Source: Candidatus Latescibacterota bacterium
GTDB lineage: Bacteria > Latescibacterota > UBA2968 > GCA-2709665
Assembly: GCA_965226795.1 (NCBI GenBank)
Contig: CBDDDZ010000005.1
Coordinates: 2,272,001-2,336,000, forward strand
Length of the DNA stretch: 64,000 nucleotides
Reading direction: 5' to 3'
In this document: one piece after another, positions 42,223 to 51,959 of the stretch
How positions within the stretch are numbered: position 1 is the stretch's first letter
How the letters are laid out: the number at the start of each line of letters is the position of its first letter
Translations under genes and position numbers: made by a program
Notes under the pieces: generated by a model
What the model was told of the DNA's origin: nothing
Databases searched by the model: none
Seen by the model: only the letters and a program-made list of their open reading frames with translations

Positions 42223-42762
42223 TCAAGACTCGTCCAGTGATGTTCTCCACTCAGATTCCAAGATGCTCATCTGATAAAGACTCCAGTATTCGTCGCCTAT
42301 CTTGCGACATTCTCTGAAACACCCTTCTTTTACGAAGCCAAGCTTCTCGTAGCATTTGATAGCGGACGTATTGAAGTCAAACACAACCAAATCGATGCGA
42401 TGCAAACCGTACTGATTGAATCCCAGGGCCAGGATTTGCTTCATCATCTGAGTGCCAATTCCTTTCCCTCTATAGGATGGATCGCCAACCAAAACACGGC
42501 AAACTCTCGCACTTTTGTTCTGTAGATCAATGCCGCTAAGTTCAATATGACCAATAACTGAATCGGAAGCGGTATCCACCGACTTGAAAATCTTCCTTTT
42601 AGGCCGATGACCTTCCGACTCCCGAATGTACATTTCAAGCTGTGTTTTATCCAACGGATAAGTAAAGCTCGGACCTCCCCACTGCAATAGAAGCTCCGGA
42701 GAAGGGATCCAATTGATCAGACGTTCAAAATCGTCTCTTGCGAAAGGTTTCAATTCCAGCAC
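42223..42762 (-). CDS. GNAT acetyltransferase, RimJ/RimL family
   Basis: YRGKGIG, LHRIDL.VFDFN.SAIKCYEKLGF. Confidence 0.9.
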   Translation of the reverse strand: MLELKPFARDDFERLINWIPSPELLLQWGGPSFTYPLDKTQLEMYIRESEGHRPKRKIFKSVDTASDSVIGHIELSGIDLQNKSARVCRVLVGDPSYRGKGIGTQMMKQILALGFNQYGLHRIDLVVFDFNTSAIKCYEKLGFVKEGCFRECRKIGDEYWSLYQMSILESEWRTSLDES

Positions 42763-42934
42763 GTCAATATCCTTAACCTGGACTCTCAGAAAACACTCAG
42801 TATGGAGATAATCGCATCTTCAGGACAATCCTCAACGAGAATATCGCCATGATAGCTGGATCGGTGAGGGCAGGGATTGGGGTCTTGTGCGTCATCGGGC
42901 TGGGGTCGTTGGGTTTCGCTCTTGCGCCAGTTTC

Positions 42935-43039
42935 GCAAAACATATCGCCGTGCCCGAAACCGCGGAGCGGTTGGGCGAAGGGTCCTTCGACAGGCTCAGG
43001 ACAAACTCCGGCCCGTAGCCGGGCATGGTCGTGATATAG
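42935..43039 (-). repeat. attC-like site with one palindromic insertion
   Basis: CCGTGCCCG-AAACCGCGGAGCGGTT-GGGCGAAGGGT[CCTTCGACAGGCTCAGGACAAACTCC]GGCCCGTAGC-CGGGCATGG. Confidence 0.75.
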
Positions 43040-43146
43040 GATGTCCGATGCCTTCAATCGTTAATCAGGCCGAAGTCAGGTCGGACCTCACCGCCAAAGT
43101 GACCCTCCTGCTGGTGTGTGCTTGACGGGAAATGGTCGTTGGAGAC

Positions 43147-44355
43147 TCAGGCGCGCATGCGTTCAAGGCAATCCTCATAAGCTTCAAAGCGCTCTCCTTC
43201 GCGTTCCTCGGGATCGACCTTCTTGAGGAACAACGCGCTGCCGGGCTTCTTGCCGGCGAACTCGCGGTGGCTCTTGATGTGTGTCGGGTCCTCACCGCTC
43301 CACTTGACCTCGCCATCCTGCAGATACACGAAGTTCCCTCGGTGTTCCTCTATCATCGCCTGCATGCGATCTCGATAAAAGAGACCCTGCTCGCAAGCCG
43401 TTTCCCTTACCGTGGCCATGATAGCAGGCGGATCTTCCTCTACAGAGTCGAATTCGTTCAAGGGACCCTCGACCTCACTCTTGAAGTCAATTTCGTCGAG
43501 ATTGACCGTTCCGAATCCGCTCTGCGCGGCGACGAGCAGATGGTTGCGGTCGCGACGGAACGGTGGCGTGGGCCAATCGGACGCGGGATCGTGCCCCATC
43601 AGGTGGGCGCCGACGGCATCGGTGGCGATGATCTGGTCGCCCGCGATGAGGGCGTTGCACAGGCGGCCCTCGCCGCCCCACTCACGACCCCATTGACCTG
43701 TCGTGGCGTCGACGATATTGAGACACGGGTTGGTAATGCGCGCCAGATCGGGGAGCACGTAGGACAGCCGGATTGCGTGGTGGAAGTATGTGCGCACGCG
43801 TCCCTCCGGCGGAATCGTGGGTGTGAGGCCAAACAGGTTCTTTGTGCAAAGCGTGACTCCCATGAAGAGGTGGTTCTTCATCTTGGCGACAGAGACGACC
43901 TCATCTGCTTCGCTGAAGCACCGGCTGAGCGTGTAGCGCTGAAACATGCAGCCGCCACCCGGCACGTCATACTCGGCGAAGGGGGGCAGGTTTGACTCCG
44001 CGAACTCAACGTCGAATTCCTCGAGCAGCGGAAGGTAGTTGAAGTAGTCCGTCACGGCCCCGGACGCGTCTCGGCAGAATGTGTCGGCTGCGACAAGCGT
44101 CGCTGAGGTCCGCTCGCGCAGGAGCCGAAGGACGGCGCGGCAGACAGCGTCGTCGACGAGCTCTCGACGGCGGCCCTCGAAATGAATCACATTCGTATGC
44201 CCCATGTTGAACTTGAGAGCGATGCGGCCCGCCTTCCGCAGCTTCTCCCAGGAGCGCTCAAGGGGGGCGGTGGCCCGTACCAGGTTCTCGTAGACCTCCT
44301 CGTCGGAGGCCCGGTGATCGCAATGGACTGCACGAACGCTGAATTCATGGTTCAT
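43147..44355 (-). CDS. DUF362 domain protein
   Basis: LKFN, VVSVAKMKNH...GVTL.TKNLFG, L.IVD, ATDAVGA.LMG. Confidence 0.85.
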   Translation of the reverse strand: MNHEFSVRAVHCDHRASDEEVYENLVRATAPLERSWEKLRKAGRIALKFNMGHTNVIHFEGRRRELVDDAVCRAVLRLLRERTSATLVAADTFCRDASGAVTDYFNYLPLLEEFDVEFAESNLPPFAEYDVPGGGCMFQRYTLSRCFSEADEVVSVAKMKNHLFMGVTLCTKNLFGLTPTIPPEGRVRTYFHHAIRLSYVLPDLARITNPCLNIVDATTGQWGREWGGEGRLCNALIAGDQIIATDAVGAHLMGHDPASDWPTPPFRRDRNHLLVAAQSGFGTVNLDEIDFKSEVEGPLNEFDSVEEDPPAIMATVRETACEQGLFYRDRMQAMIEEHRGNFVYLQDGEVKWSGEDPTHIKSHREFAGKKPGSALFLKKVDPEEREGERFEAYEDCLERMRA

Positions 44356-44588
44356 CTCTATGCTCTCCTCGCGTAAACGGCGGTTCTGGAGTGGACCCAT
44401 CATACGATGGGACGCCCGAGCGGGTCAACAGGCTGGGATGAAAAACGAGGCTGAATGGGAGCGTGCCTCATTTGAGGCAGAACTGGTGAACGCTCGGAAT
44501 ATGATAGCCACGTCTCCTATTCCAGCCAAGCAATAAAGTCCGCTGGAAAACGGCGTTGACGAAGCGGCTTTTCGTCAACGCCGCCAAA

Positions 44589-45298
44589 TCAGTCTTTGAT
44601 TTCGTCCCGAACACAACGGAATCCCAGATTGCCCGACCCACCTTTCAAACGCACACCCCCCCGTCGGGAGCATCTCTTATGAAACGGGCTGGAATACCAG
44701 TCGCGCCTCCCCGCGCCGACCGCGTTTCACCTCCCAGGGGGCCTACGAGATGGTGTCTGCGGTCATTGGAATAGAGTCTCCTGTCATCTCTGCACCATTG
44801 CTACAAGGAGCCAACCATGTCGTAAAGACCATACCCGTTTGGTGGAAACATGCCGACGTCCGGAGGGCCTTCTTCTTTCTTGCGATCTGCCGCTTGGGTT
44901 CCATTGAATGCATCGTCACCCCACGGATACAGCATGTTGACCAGCCCTCCTCGGGCTGCCTTCTCCCATTCAGCCTCTGTGGGTAGCTTTTTTCCCGCCC
45001 AATCACAATATTCAAGAACATCTGACAATGATATACTCCTTACAGGCTGCAGGGGGGCATTCAGCCAACGGTCCTGCCAGGTCTCAGGGCGATAGTCTGC
45101 TGCCTGCATGAATCTGTGATACTGCTCTACGGAAACCAGATGGGTATCGATCGTGTATGCTTCCAGATTGACTATGTGCTGGGGCTTCTCTTCAAGGAAG
45201 GCTCCGGTGTAGCCCATATCATCGTCATTTACAGCGCCCATCAAGAATTCCCCGGATGGTATCAGTACCATTTCGGGAACGTCGTTCCAGATGCACAT
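44589..45298 (-). pseudogene. formylglycine-generating enzyme (SUMF1) family, nonsense codon plus frameshift
   Basis: LPTEAEWEKAARGG, PPNGYGLYDMVGSL*QWC, RGG, GFRCVR in a shifted frame. Confidence 0.85.
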
Positions 45299-45467
45299 GC
45301 CTGTTTCTCCCTCTTTCTACTTACATTTCTTCATCGTGTGTGCCCGGATTTTTCATTGGGTTCAAAGGTTCCACCGGGCGCCTGGATCCCTTCATTCGGA
45401 GATCCGGGCTGCGTGAAGACAAGCAGCCGGTTTCAATGAGTGATGTAGGCGTAATTACGATGACGTG

Positions 45468-46193
45468 TTAAGTGAAGTGTGTCCAGTCCAATTGTTCGAG
45501 GATTGGCTTTAGGTCAAGCAAGGATCGGATTACGATTCCCGAACTCACATCCACGTGACCGATTCGGTCGATGAGCACGGGAATCATTCTTGCCCGTTTC
45601 GCCCCTATAACGTCCCACTTTGGATTGTCACCGACGAACAGGCACTCCTCTGGTTTGCATCCGAAATGATCCAATGCGCGGCGAAACATAGGTTGGGCCG
45701 GCTTCCGCCACCCCACATCCGAACAAAAGATAGCCAACTCGCATCGCGTCAAAAGACCGTGTCGCCCCAGTTCTTCAAACCAGGGCTCGCTCGGTGCACC
45801 CCAGGGACAGTTCGATAGGATTCCTATGCGGCAACCATCCGCCAGGTGCGTATCCAGAGCCGGAAGGGTGTCTTCATAGATCTCAGCAATAGAAAAGATC
45901 GGACCGAGGAAGGCACGGCAGATAGGCAGCCACTCTTCCTCAGTGACGCAGCTTGCGACGGAAAAAATACGACCAAGCCTTTCGTGGAGTGGGCGGACGC
46001 GACTGTTCCTGGCTTCGTAGTTCTCAGCCGCGACACCACGCTCGATCTCGGAATCCGAAGGTAAGTCGTGTCCTGAGCGCTCCAGTGCCTCTTTGGCTGC
46101 CTGAATTCCTGCCCGTAGCAGTGGAGGAAACGCATCCAGGCGATAGTACCGGACAAGGGTGTCGCCAAGGTCAAACAACAGAACTGGTCTCAA
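45468..46193 (-). CDS. HAD family hydrolase
   Basis: FDLGDTL, LSN, RKP, FVGDN..WD. Confidence 0.88.
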   Translation of the reverse strand: MRPVLLFDLGDTLVRYYRLDAFPPLLRAGIQAAKEALERSGHDLPSDSEIERGVAAENYEARNSRVRPLHERLGRIFSVASCVTEEEWLPICRAFLGPIFSIAEIYEDTLPALDTHLADGCRIGILSNCPWGAPSEPWFEELGRHGLLTRCELAIFCSDVGWRKPAQPMFRRALDHFGCKPEECLFVGDNPKWDVIGAKRARMIPVLIDRIGHVDVSSGIVIRSLLDLKPILEQLDWTHFT

Positions 46194-46227
46194 ACCCGAA
46201 AATCCTTCTCGCCTATTTATGCATTTC

Positions 46228-46375
46228 TCTTAACGTTTCCGCCACTTGCGAACCCACCAAAGCGTCGGGAAGGTGGGTTGCCGGCAGGCCATGGATCCCC
46301 TCCGCGAGCTCATGATAAACCCTTCGGCAGGCTCAGGACAGGCTCCGCGTCGCAGCACAAACCGCGCTGTTACTC
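46228..46375 (-). repeat. attC site with tandem palindromic insertions
   Basis: TCTTAAC...GCGAACCCACC...GGTGGGTTGCC...[CCTCCGCGAGCTCATGATAAAC][CCTTCGGCAGGCTCAGGACAGGCTCC]...GTTACTC. Confidence 0.8.
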
Positions 46376-46466
46376 GATGTGGGATATGACTTCCGCTCAA
46401 GCATTGCCGGGGTTTCCCTTCGACGCTTCGGTTCACTCAGAAAGACACCACACGCGAGATTCAGGC

Positions 46467-47072
46467 CTACGACTTCAGTCCATTGGCATGAGAAAATGCG
46501 GCAACTTCGGCCGATGATCCAAGACGTATGAACTGTATGTGCTTCCAACGGGGCTCTGACATGCAGGTTCGCATGTTCCGACGTTTACGCCTATGCTGCG
46601 TAACAATCCACCACACGAGAGAGCCTTCCTTGTTCCAAACCTTCAGTGTGGGCCAAAACCGTTCATGGTTGGTGCCCCAAAGCAGTTCCTTTGACCGCCA
46701 GCGTCGCCACGATCGCGATAGTACGCGGCAGACGAGCCGGTACATGGGAAAATCCAGCCAAACCACCGTTTCCAATCGCGGCCAAAAAACACGTTGCGAA
46801 AAACTCATATATGAACCAGCGACAACCCATCCGTCACGATCAGTCGCCTTCACTATGAGACCCTCAAACTCCTCCGGATTTGTTTCGTTTAACCCCACCC
46901 AGCCGGGTCGCCAATTGAGTGCATCCAACTCCACAAACGGGACCTGAAGGGCAGTCGCCAACTGTTTGCCCAGAGTACTCTTTCCAGAGCAACTATTGCC
47001 AACCACATGGACCCGCCGACCAATCTGGTGCTTCGGAGGACCGAGTCTAACTCGTCGATGTCCCATTACCAT
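46467..47072 (-). CDS. adenylate kinase-like P-loop protein (FlaR/topology modulation-like)
   Basis: GNSCSGKST, ELD.L.W.PGW, VVWLD. Confidence 0.82.
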   Translation of the reverse strand: MVMGHRRVRLGPPKHQIGRRVHVVGNSCSGKSTLGKQLATALQVPFVELDALNWRPGWVGLNETNPEEFEGLIVKATDRDGWVVAGSYMSFSQRVFWPRLETVVWLDFPMYRLVCRVLSRSWRRWRSKELLWGTNHERFWPTLKVWNKEGSLVWWIVTQHRRKRRNMRTCMSEPRWKHIQFIRLGSSAEVAAFSHANGLKS

Positions 47073-47075
47073 GTC

Positions 47076-47250
47076 GCGTAACGTTTTGCCGGTGTTCGAA
47101 TCGGCCTTTATATGCCGCTAACGGCGGGAGAGCGCGAAGTAGCCGCGCATTACAAAAAGAGATTGGTGGTTTTCACAATTGGCCAAACCCATCAGTCGTG
47201 GCCACGTGGGGGTGTTGGGTAAGGAGAGATCGTGCACACATTGTTATGTG
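47076..47250 (-). repeat. degenerate attC-like site(s)
   Basis: GCGTAAC start and GTTATGT end, each complementary to the far end of the adjoining cassette. Confidence 0.55.
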
Positions 47251-47329
47251 CTGCTGGCGCGCCCGCTTCACGGCGAAGCCTTTCACGGGGCTAAAATACA
47301 ATGCACGCCATCGATGTCTACCTACACCT

Positions 47330-48055
47330 CTATCGCTGGCACCACAGATAGGTCGATCCACCCCTTGTCACCTCGTACTTCCCTCTCTGGAATACATCAG
47401 TCAGAGCGGCAGTTGGATCTGAGATCGATCGCGGATTATGGCCATTGTATATCTCGGTTAGCTTCAGATCAAGCAGAGGTCTATATCGCTCTTTCATCTC
47501 GGATTCGGGAACCACACGTGGCATGTACAGCCTAATGCCATCCGCCTGCATCCAAAACTTCGGCTTGTATCCTGCGAAACCGCCTGGATCCGTCTGGCCA
47601 TAGATCGTGTCACCACTAAACAGGAGTCTCTTTCGCCCCGTGTTCCACAGAAACCACATCTCACCATCCTCATGACCTGGGGCAATGGCCACTATACCTC
47701 CAGGCAGTTCGCCCTCCGTGAATGTCCGATTCGCAGACTTCCGGGCTCGTGAAGGGCTAAGACTTGAGACAAGGACGGGGGCCTTGACCTGGTTCCCGAA
47801 CCATCTCGCATCCCGGTCATGATTCGGGCAGGTTGTCACCACAGCTACAACCTCATCAACCAATCCCCTCAGATAGTCGAGGCCTTCCGGTGGGAGCCTC
47901 ACTGGATCGATCGCTATCCCTCCCTTGTCAGTTATCAAAAAATAGGACTGACGGAGATCGTTGTTCCCTCACCAGGTAGTCCATCGGATCACGCGTGGTC
48001 GCGTTGGGGTTCCCACGGCGCATTCGATTTTGGTGCCAATCTTTATGAAGTCCAT
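47330..48055 (-). pseudogene. metallo-beta-lactamase-fold-like protein with an in-frame TGA at 47969-47971
   Basis: IAIDP, T..NHDR, PGH, LFSGD, GH. Confidence 0.65.
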
Positions 48056-48221
48056 ATAATATCCAATGAATTTCGCCACGAACAATCCCTAAGGGGCACT
48101 TGAGCAATGGGGATCGCTGTCAAATGACGCTTGCTATAAAGGCATTCGCCTGGTCGAGGTGCTTTGTGTTTTTCGTGCACGATTTACCGGGATGGGGTGT
48201 CTGAGTTCATGCGCCAGTTGC

Positions 48222-48315
48222 ACATAACGTCTAGCAGATTGCCGAACTCGCCCAAGGCGAGTTGCCGAAGGCCAAGGCGCCATCGGCGCCGCAGCGCAAC
48301 ACCGTTCTGTTACAG
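48222..48315 (-). repeat. attC site (empty counterpart of 51241-51370)
   Basis: ACATAAC...GAACTCGCC..GGCGAGTTGCCGAAGGCCAAGGCGCC-ATCG-GCGCCGCAGCGCAACACCG...GTTACAG. Confidence 0.85.
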
Positions 48316-48328
48316 GACGTGTGGTCTG

Positions 48329-48769
48329 CTACTGGAGCGCGTCCATCGACTCAATCAGCAAGTCGATCTTATCGTCGTAATTGGCAACGAGCTTTGGAAG
48401 TGCTCTGACATTGGCCCAGAAAAAATCGAACGGGATTCTCACAGATCCGTCCTCCGCCAACTCTCCTTGCCTCCAGGTGTCCCTGGGTCGTCCTCCCACA
48501 GATAGGTGATAGAACCAACGGTACTGTAATTCATCCACCCCGCAATCCCTCATGTCGCGAGTGTCTTGCGCCAGAAACTTCTCGTATTTGAGTTCCGTCA
48601 AGCCCGTCTCCTCCCTTGCTTCCCGCATCACAGCATCTTCGGGACTCTCTCCCGGTTCAATCGTTCCGGCCGGAACCTGAATACCCGCTTCCGGCGACTC
48701 CGGGTGAGTAAAGAGGAGCAGACGGTTTCCGTTGGTTATATAGGCGTAAGCTCTGTGACGAATCTTCAT
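48329..48769 (-). CDS. NUDIX hydrolase
   Basis: PAGTIEPGESPEDAVMREAREETG; paralog at 51384-51824. Confidence 0.9.
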   Translation of the reverse strand: MKIRHRAYAYITNGNRLLLFTHPESPEAGIQVPAGTIEPGESPEDAVMREAREETGLTELKYEKFLAQDTRDMRDCGVDELQYRWFYHLSVGGRPRDTWRQGELAEDGSVRIPFDFFWANVRALPKLVANYDDKIDLLIESMDALQ

Positions 48770-48810
48770 CATAGTGTGGGGGAATATGGAAATTCCGTGT
48801 CTCACATGTC

Positions 48811-48902
48811 CTCTAACGTCTGTCTGTCCCCGAACCGCGAAGCGGGTTGCCCGTAGGCCACGCTGCCTGAAAAGCGGCGTAGCGCAAGTGGACGTGTTAG
48901 CA
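48811..48902 (-). repeat. attC site
   Basis: CTCTAAC...GAACCGCGAAGCGGGTTGCCCGTAGGCC...GTAGCGCAAGTGGACGTGTTAGCA. Confidence 0.85.
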
Positions 48903-48954
48903 GCCGTCGTGCCCTGAAGCGTCAATAAGATCCGGAAGTTTATCACTCGATAAT

Positions 48955-49593
48955 TCACTCCAATCGAAGCGCTCTAACGAGATCGTGGAAAGAATCGTAA
49001 ACCTCACAGTCCACGCTGGCAAATCGAAACCTATCTTGGTGTCCTTGGAGAACGGCAACTGGACGGCAGCCCACGGCGCTCGCTACCTCAACATCATGGT
49101 CAGTGTCGCCTATGAAAAGTGTCACGGATGGATCAAGATCGAAGTCTGCTATCAGGTCGCGACATCTCTGCTCCTTCGACGTAGCCAATCGATCAGAAAG
49201 CCCGTACACACCCTTGAAACGTCCCTGAACTCCCAGCATATGAACCCAGGACACGAGCATCTCTTCCTCAGCAGCCGACAACACGAACTGATCAATTCCA
49301 TATTCTCCCAGGTACTCCAAAGCCTCCGTGATTCCCGGATTGAATGAACAACATCCAATACCGGACTGGTACACCTTATGAAATTCATCAGAAATGTCGC
49401 AATGTTCCTCTCTGACCAGATCGAATCCCAAATGACGATAGTAATCAGATACGGGGAACTGAAAGATCCGTCTATGTGTTGCGCTGTCTATTGTCGGGAG
49501 ACTCCTCTTGCGCAACAGTTCATTCATCGAATTTGCTGCCCATTCTAGATCATTTAAGATGGTTCCGTTGAAGTCCCAAATGACTGATTTCAT
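48955..49593 (-). CDS. HAD family hydrolase (phosphoglycolate phosphatase-like)
   Basis: IWDFNGT, LSA, K, FIGDTDHD. Confidence 0.88.
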   Translation of the reverse strand: MKSVIWDFNGTILNDLEWAANSMNELLRKRSLPTIDSATHRRIFQFPVSDYYRHLGFDLVREEHCDISDEFHKVYQSGIGCCSFNPGITEALEYLGEYGIDQFVLSAAEEEMLVSWVHMLGVQGRFKGVYGLSDRLATSKEQRCRDLIADFDLDPSVTLFIGDTDHDVEVASAVGCRPVAVLQGHQDRFRFASVDCEVYDSFHDLVRALRLE

Positions 49594-49654
49594 GATTTTC
49601 TCACGAAAAACCAAGATCTGTAATGGGGCCGCAGAAACGTAGGAGCACGATGGC

Positions 49655-49735
49655 TGCTAACGTTTCAGCCGTTCCCGAACCGAGCAGCGGATGCTCGAGG
49701 GCGAGAGCCCGAGCGGGGCTACGAGCGTGTTATCT
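49655..49735 (-). repeat. attC site
   Basis: TGCTAAC...CGAGCA..TGCTCG-AGGGCGAGAGCCC-GAGC...GTGTTATCT. Confidence 0.8.
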
Positions 49736-49761
49736 GCCGTGCGCGATACAGAATCGCCCAT

Positions 49762-50454
49762 TCACGGCTTAACAAGCTCAATGACGATGAGGAATGGAAC
49801 ATTATGCCATCTACTCCGAAGATTATCGGGGGCGTCCATATTGGGAGGGAGATCCACCAATGTGCGGAGCAGCAAGCCATTTTCTCGGAAAGCGTCGATA
49901 TACTCAGTCATCGTTCTATGATAGTAATACACCTCAACGCCCGCATTGGCCATTCCCCGGTAAAGCACAGAGGTTCCAGACTCGAAGTAGCTTGAGGCTT
50001 TCTCCCGAAATACCGCGGAATATGGGTTGTTTAGCGAGAAAACCATCCGCCCACCTCGCTGCGTAACCGATGCAAGAGTTCGAATGAACCCTTTGTAATC
50101 TGGCACATCATTGAGTCCATAGTTGCTGACAGCAAAGTCGAACCGGCTCTCGAAGTCAGGTAGCGGCTGGCTAAGATCAGCTACTCGAAAATCGATCTGC
50201 CCTTCAGGGTCCTTGCCCCTACCGATTTCGACCATCGGCTCCGAAATGTCAATCGCGGTTACCTTCGCACCACGAGTATTCAAAACACGTGCCGCGAATC
50301 CCTCCCCACACCCAGCGTCAAGCACATACAACCCTTCCACCTCACCGATAAGATCGAAGATCAGCTTTGAGTCCCCTTCGAGGACGTTCTCATCTCGAGA
50401 GCCGCATAATACAGAATATTCTTGGGCAAACTGGTCGTAGGTATTGCGTTCCAT
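49762..50454 (-). CDS. class I SAM-dependent methyltransferase
   Basis: VLDAGCGEG, AIDIS, FDFAVS. Confidence 0.9.
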   Translation of the reverse strand: MERNTYDQFAQEYSVLCGSRDENVLEGDSKLIFDLIGEVEGLYVLDAGCGEGFAARVLNTRGAKVTAIDISEPMVEIGRGKDPEGQIDFRVADLSQPLPDFESRFDFAVSNYGLNDVPDYKGFIRTLASVTQRGGRMVFSLNNPYSAVFREKASSYFESGTSVLYRGMANAGVEVYYYHRTMTEYIDAFRENGLLLRTLVDLPPNMDAPDNLRSRWHNVPFLIVIELVKP

Positions 50455-50499
50455 TTATTGGATCTCAAGCTAACGAAGGGTATCACTTACATGCATGGC

Positions 50500-50585
50500 G
50501 GATAACGTTTCAGTGCTCCTGAACCGGCGCAGCGGGTTGCAACGAAGGCACGTCAGCGCCGAAGCCGGACACGAACGTGTTATGA
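50500..50585 (-). repeat. attC site
   Basis: GGATAAC...GAACC...GGTTGC...GAAGCCGGACAC...GTGTTATGA. Confidence 0.82.
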
Positions 50586-50646
50586 GAAGTGCGTCCAAGA
50601 TTCAATTGCCCGGCTCTCGAAGTGACGGAGCGGCACGGATTGGCGA

Positions 50647-51219
50647 TCATCGCGCCCAGCATGACGACCGAGCTGCACATGCTCGAACCAACCTCCGTGC
50701 TTCTCTCGGGGAACCGAGCCTGATCACCTTTAGATGCCCTGCCTCACCGTGAACCATGTCCCAATAGTGTCGTCTAAGTTGTGGGTGCTGTCGAAACAGA
50801 AACAAGAAGATGGACCTCTTGCTAAAAAATTGCCTGTAAAATGACTCACGGTTTCCAGCCCACAGCTCTTTTCGAGTAACGGTGCGGATGACCGTTCGCC
50901 GTAGGAGCCTCAGCAGGCATACGGGGAGTGAATAGTCCAGCCACACAAGGGTGGTTGTCCGCGGAAGCTGGATCTCTCGAAATTTTCCGTAGTTCCCGTC
51001 CGACACCCAGCGGTCCGCAGCCATGGCCTTGACTATGCGGTGCTTGACAACCTCGTAATTGCCGGGCGTCCAATTCGATTCCCAACAATGCGAGTCGAGA
51101 TCGAGATATGCCGCGCCCACGTTCCGAGCGAGCGATTTTGCGAACCTGGTTTTTCCGCTACCTGCCGGACCAACAACGGCGACGCGCAAATCTTCATCTG
51201 TTAGAGCGGAATCACCCAC
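50647..51219 (-). CDS. adenylate kinase-like P-loop protein
   Basis: GPAGSGKT, DLD, WVSDGNY, VWLD. Confidence 0.82.
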   Translation of the reverse strand: MGDSALTDEDLRVAVVGPAGSGKTRFAKSLARNVGAAYLDLDSHCWESNWTPGNYEVVKHRIVKAMAADRWVSDGNYGKFREIQLPRTTTLVWLDYSLPVCLLRLLRRTVIRTVTRKELWAGNRESFYRQFFSKRSIFLFLFRQHPQLRRHYWDMVHGEAGHLKVIRLGSPREARRLVRACAARSSCWAR

Positions 51220-51240
51220 ACGCTATCTCTCAAGCATTTC

Positions 51241-51370
51241 TCATAACGATTCGCCAGTTTGCGAACCCCCGAAGAGGGTTGCCGAAGGCGAAGGCGCCCT
51301 TCGACAAGCTCAGGATAAACCCTTCGGCAGGCTCGGCTCCGCGCCGCAGCGCAACACCGTGCCGTTATAG
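51241..51370 (-). repeat. attC site with palindromic insertions
   Basis: TCATAAC...AAGGCGCC[CTTCGACAAGCTCAGGATAAACCCTTCGGCAGGCTCGGCTCC]GCGCCGCAGCGCAACACCG...GTTATAG. Confidence 0.85.
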
Positions 51371-51383
51371 GACGTGTGGTCTG

Positions 51384-51824
51384 CTACTGGAGCATGTCCA
51401 TCGACTCAATTAGCAAGTCGATCTTATCGTCGTAATTGGCAACCAGCTTTGGAAGTGCTCTGACATTGGCCCAGAAAAAATCGAACGGAATTCTCACGGA
51501 TCCGTCCTCCGCCAACTCTCCATGCCTCCAGGTGTCCCTGGGCCGTCCCCCCACAGATAGGTGATAGAACCAACGGTACTGTAATTCATCCTCCCCGCAA
51601 TCCCGCATGTCGCGGGTATCCTGGGCCAGAAACCGTTCACATCTGAGCTCGGCTAAACCCGTCTCCTCTTTTGCTTCCCGCATCACCGCATCCCGAGGAT
51701 TCTCTCCGGGCTCAATCGTCCCCGATGGAACTTGAATGCCGGCTTCCTGCGCGCCGGGTTGAGTAAAGAGGAGCAGGCGGCTCCCGTTCGTGATATAGGC
51801 GTAAGCTCTACGGCGGGTCTTCAT
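51384..51824 (-). CDS. NUDIX hydrolase (paralog of 48329-48769)
   Basis: Same 441-bp length; near-identical C-terminal half. Confidence 0.9.
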   Translation of the reverse strand: MKTRRRAYAYITNGSRLLLFTQPGAQEAGIQVPSGTIEPGENPRDAVMREAKEETGLAELRCERFLAQDTRDMRDCGEDELQYRWFYHLSVGGRPRDTWRHGELAEDGSVRIPFDFFWANVRALPKLVANYDDKIDLLIESMDMLQ

Positions 51825-51868
51825 TCCAATCGATCCTGTTATTGATACACACCGGTGCCATGTATCTC

Positions 51869-51947
51869 CGATAGCATTTCCGTGCCACCAACCGCGTAGC
51901 GGTTGCACGAAGGGCGCAAGCCCGAAGCCGGAGGCGCGTTGTTAGAG
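51869..51947 (-). repeat. attC site
   Basis: CGATAGC...AACCGCGTAGCGGTT-GCACGAAGGGCGCAAGCCC-GAAGC...GTTAGAG. Confidence 0.8.
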
Positions 51948-51959
51948 GCTGTGCACGAC

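Noticed and set aside
43132..43995. Long shadow ORFs opposite real genes (e.g. 19050-19697, 27189-27845, 38812-39867, 43132-43995)
   Set aside because: They are antisense to well-supported genes in GC-rich DNA and have no recognisable motifs.
44551..44583. 12-bp hairpin GGCGTTGACGAA...TTCGTCAACGCC as a mobile element
   Set aside because: It lies just downstream of the FGE pseudogene and is adequately explained as a terminator-like stem; no target duplication is seen.
47969..47971. Selenocysteine or recoded TGA
   Set aside because: No evident SECIS or redox motif; other genes have TAA/TAG lesions and TGA is used as a normal stop, so simple nonsense is more likely.
48811..49735. Model in which cassettes normally recombine at the attC centre instead of G/TT
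   Set aside because: Inner arms flanking a given cassette are not systematically complementary, whereas the outer GTT/AAC ends are.
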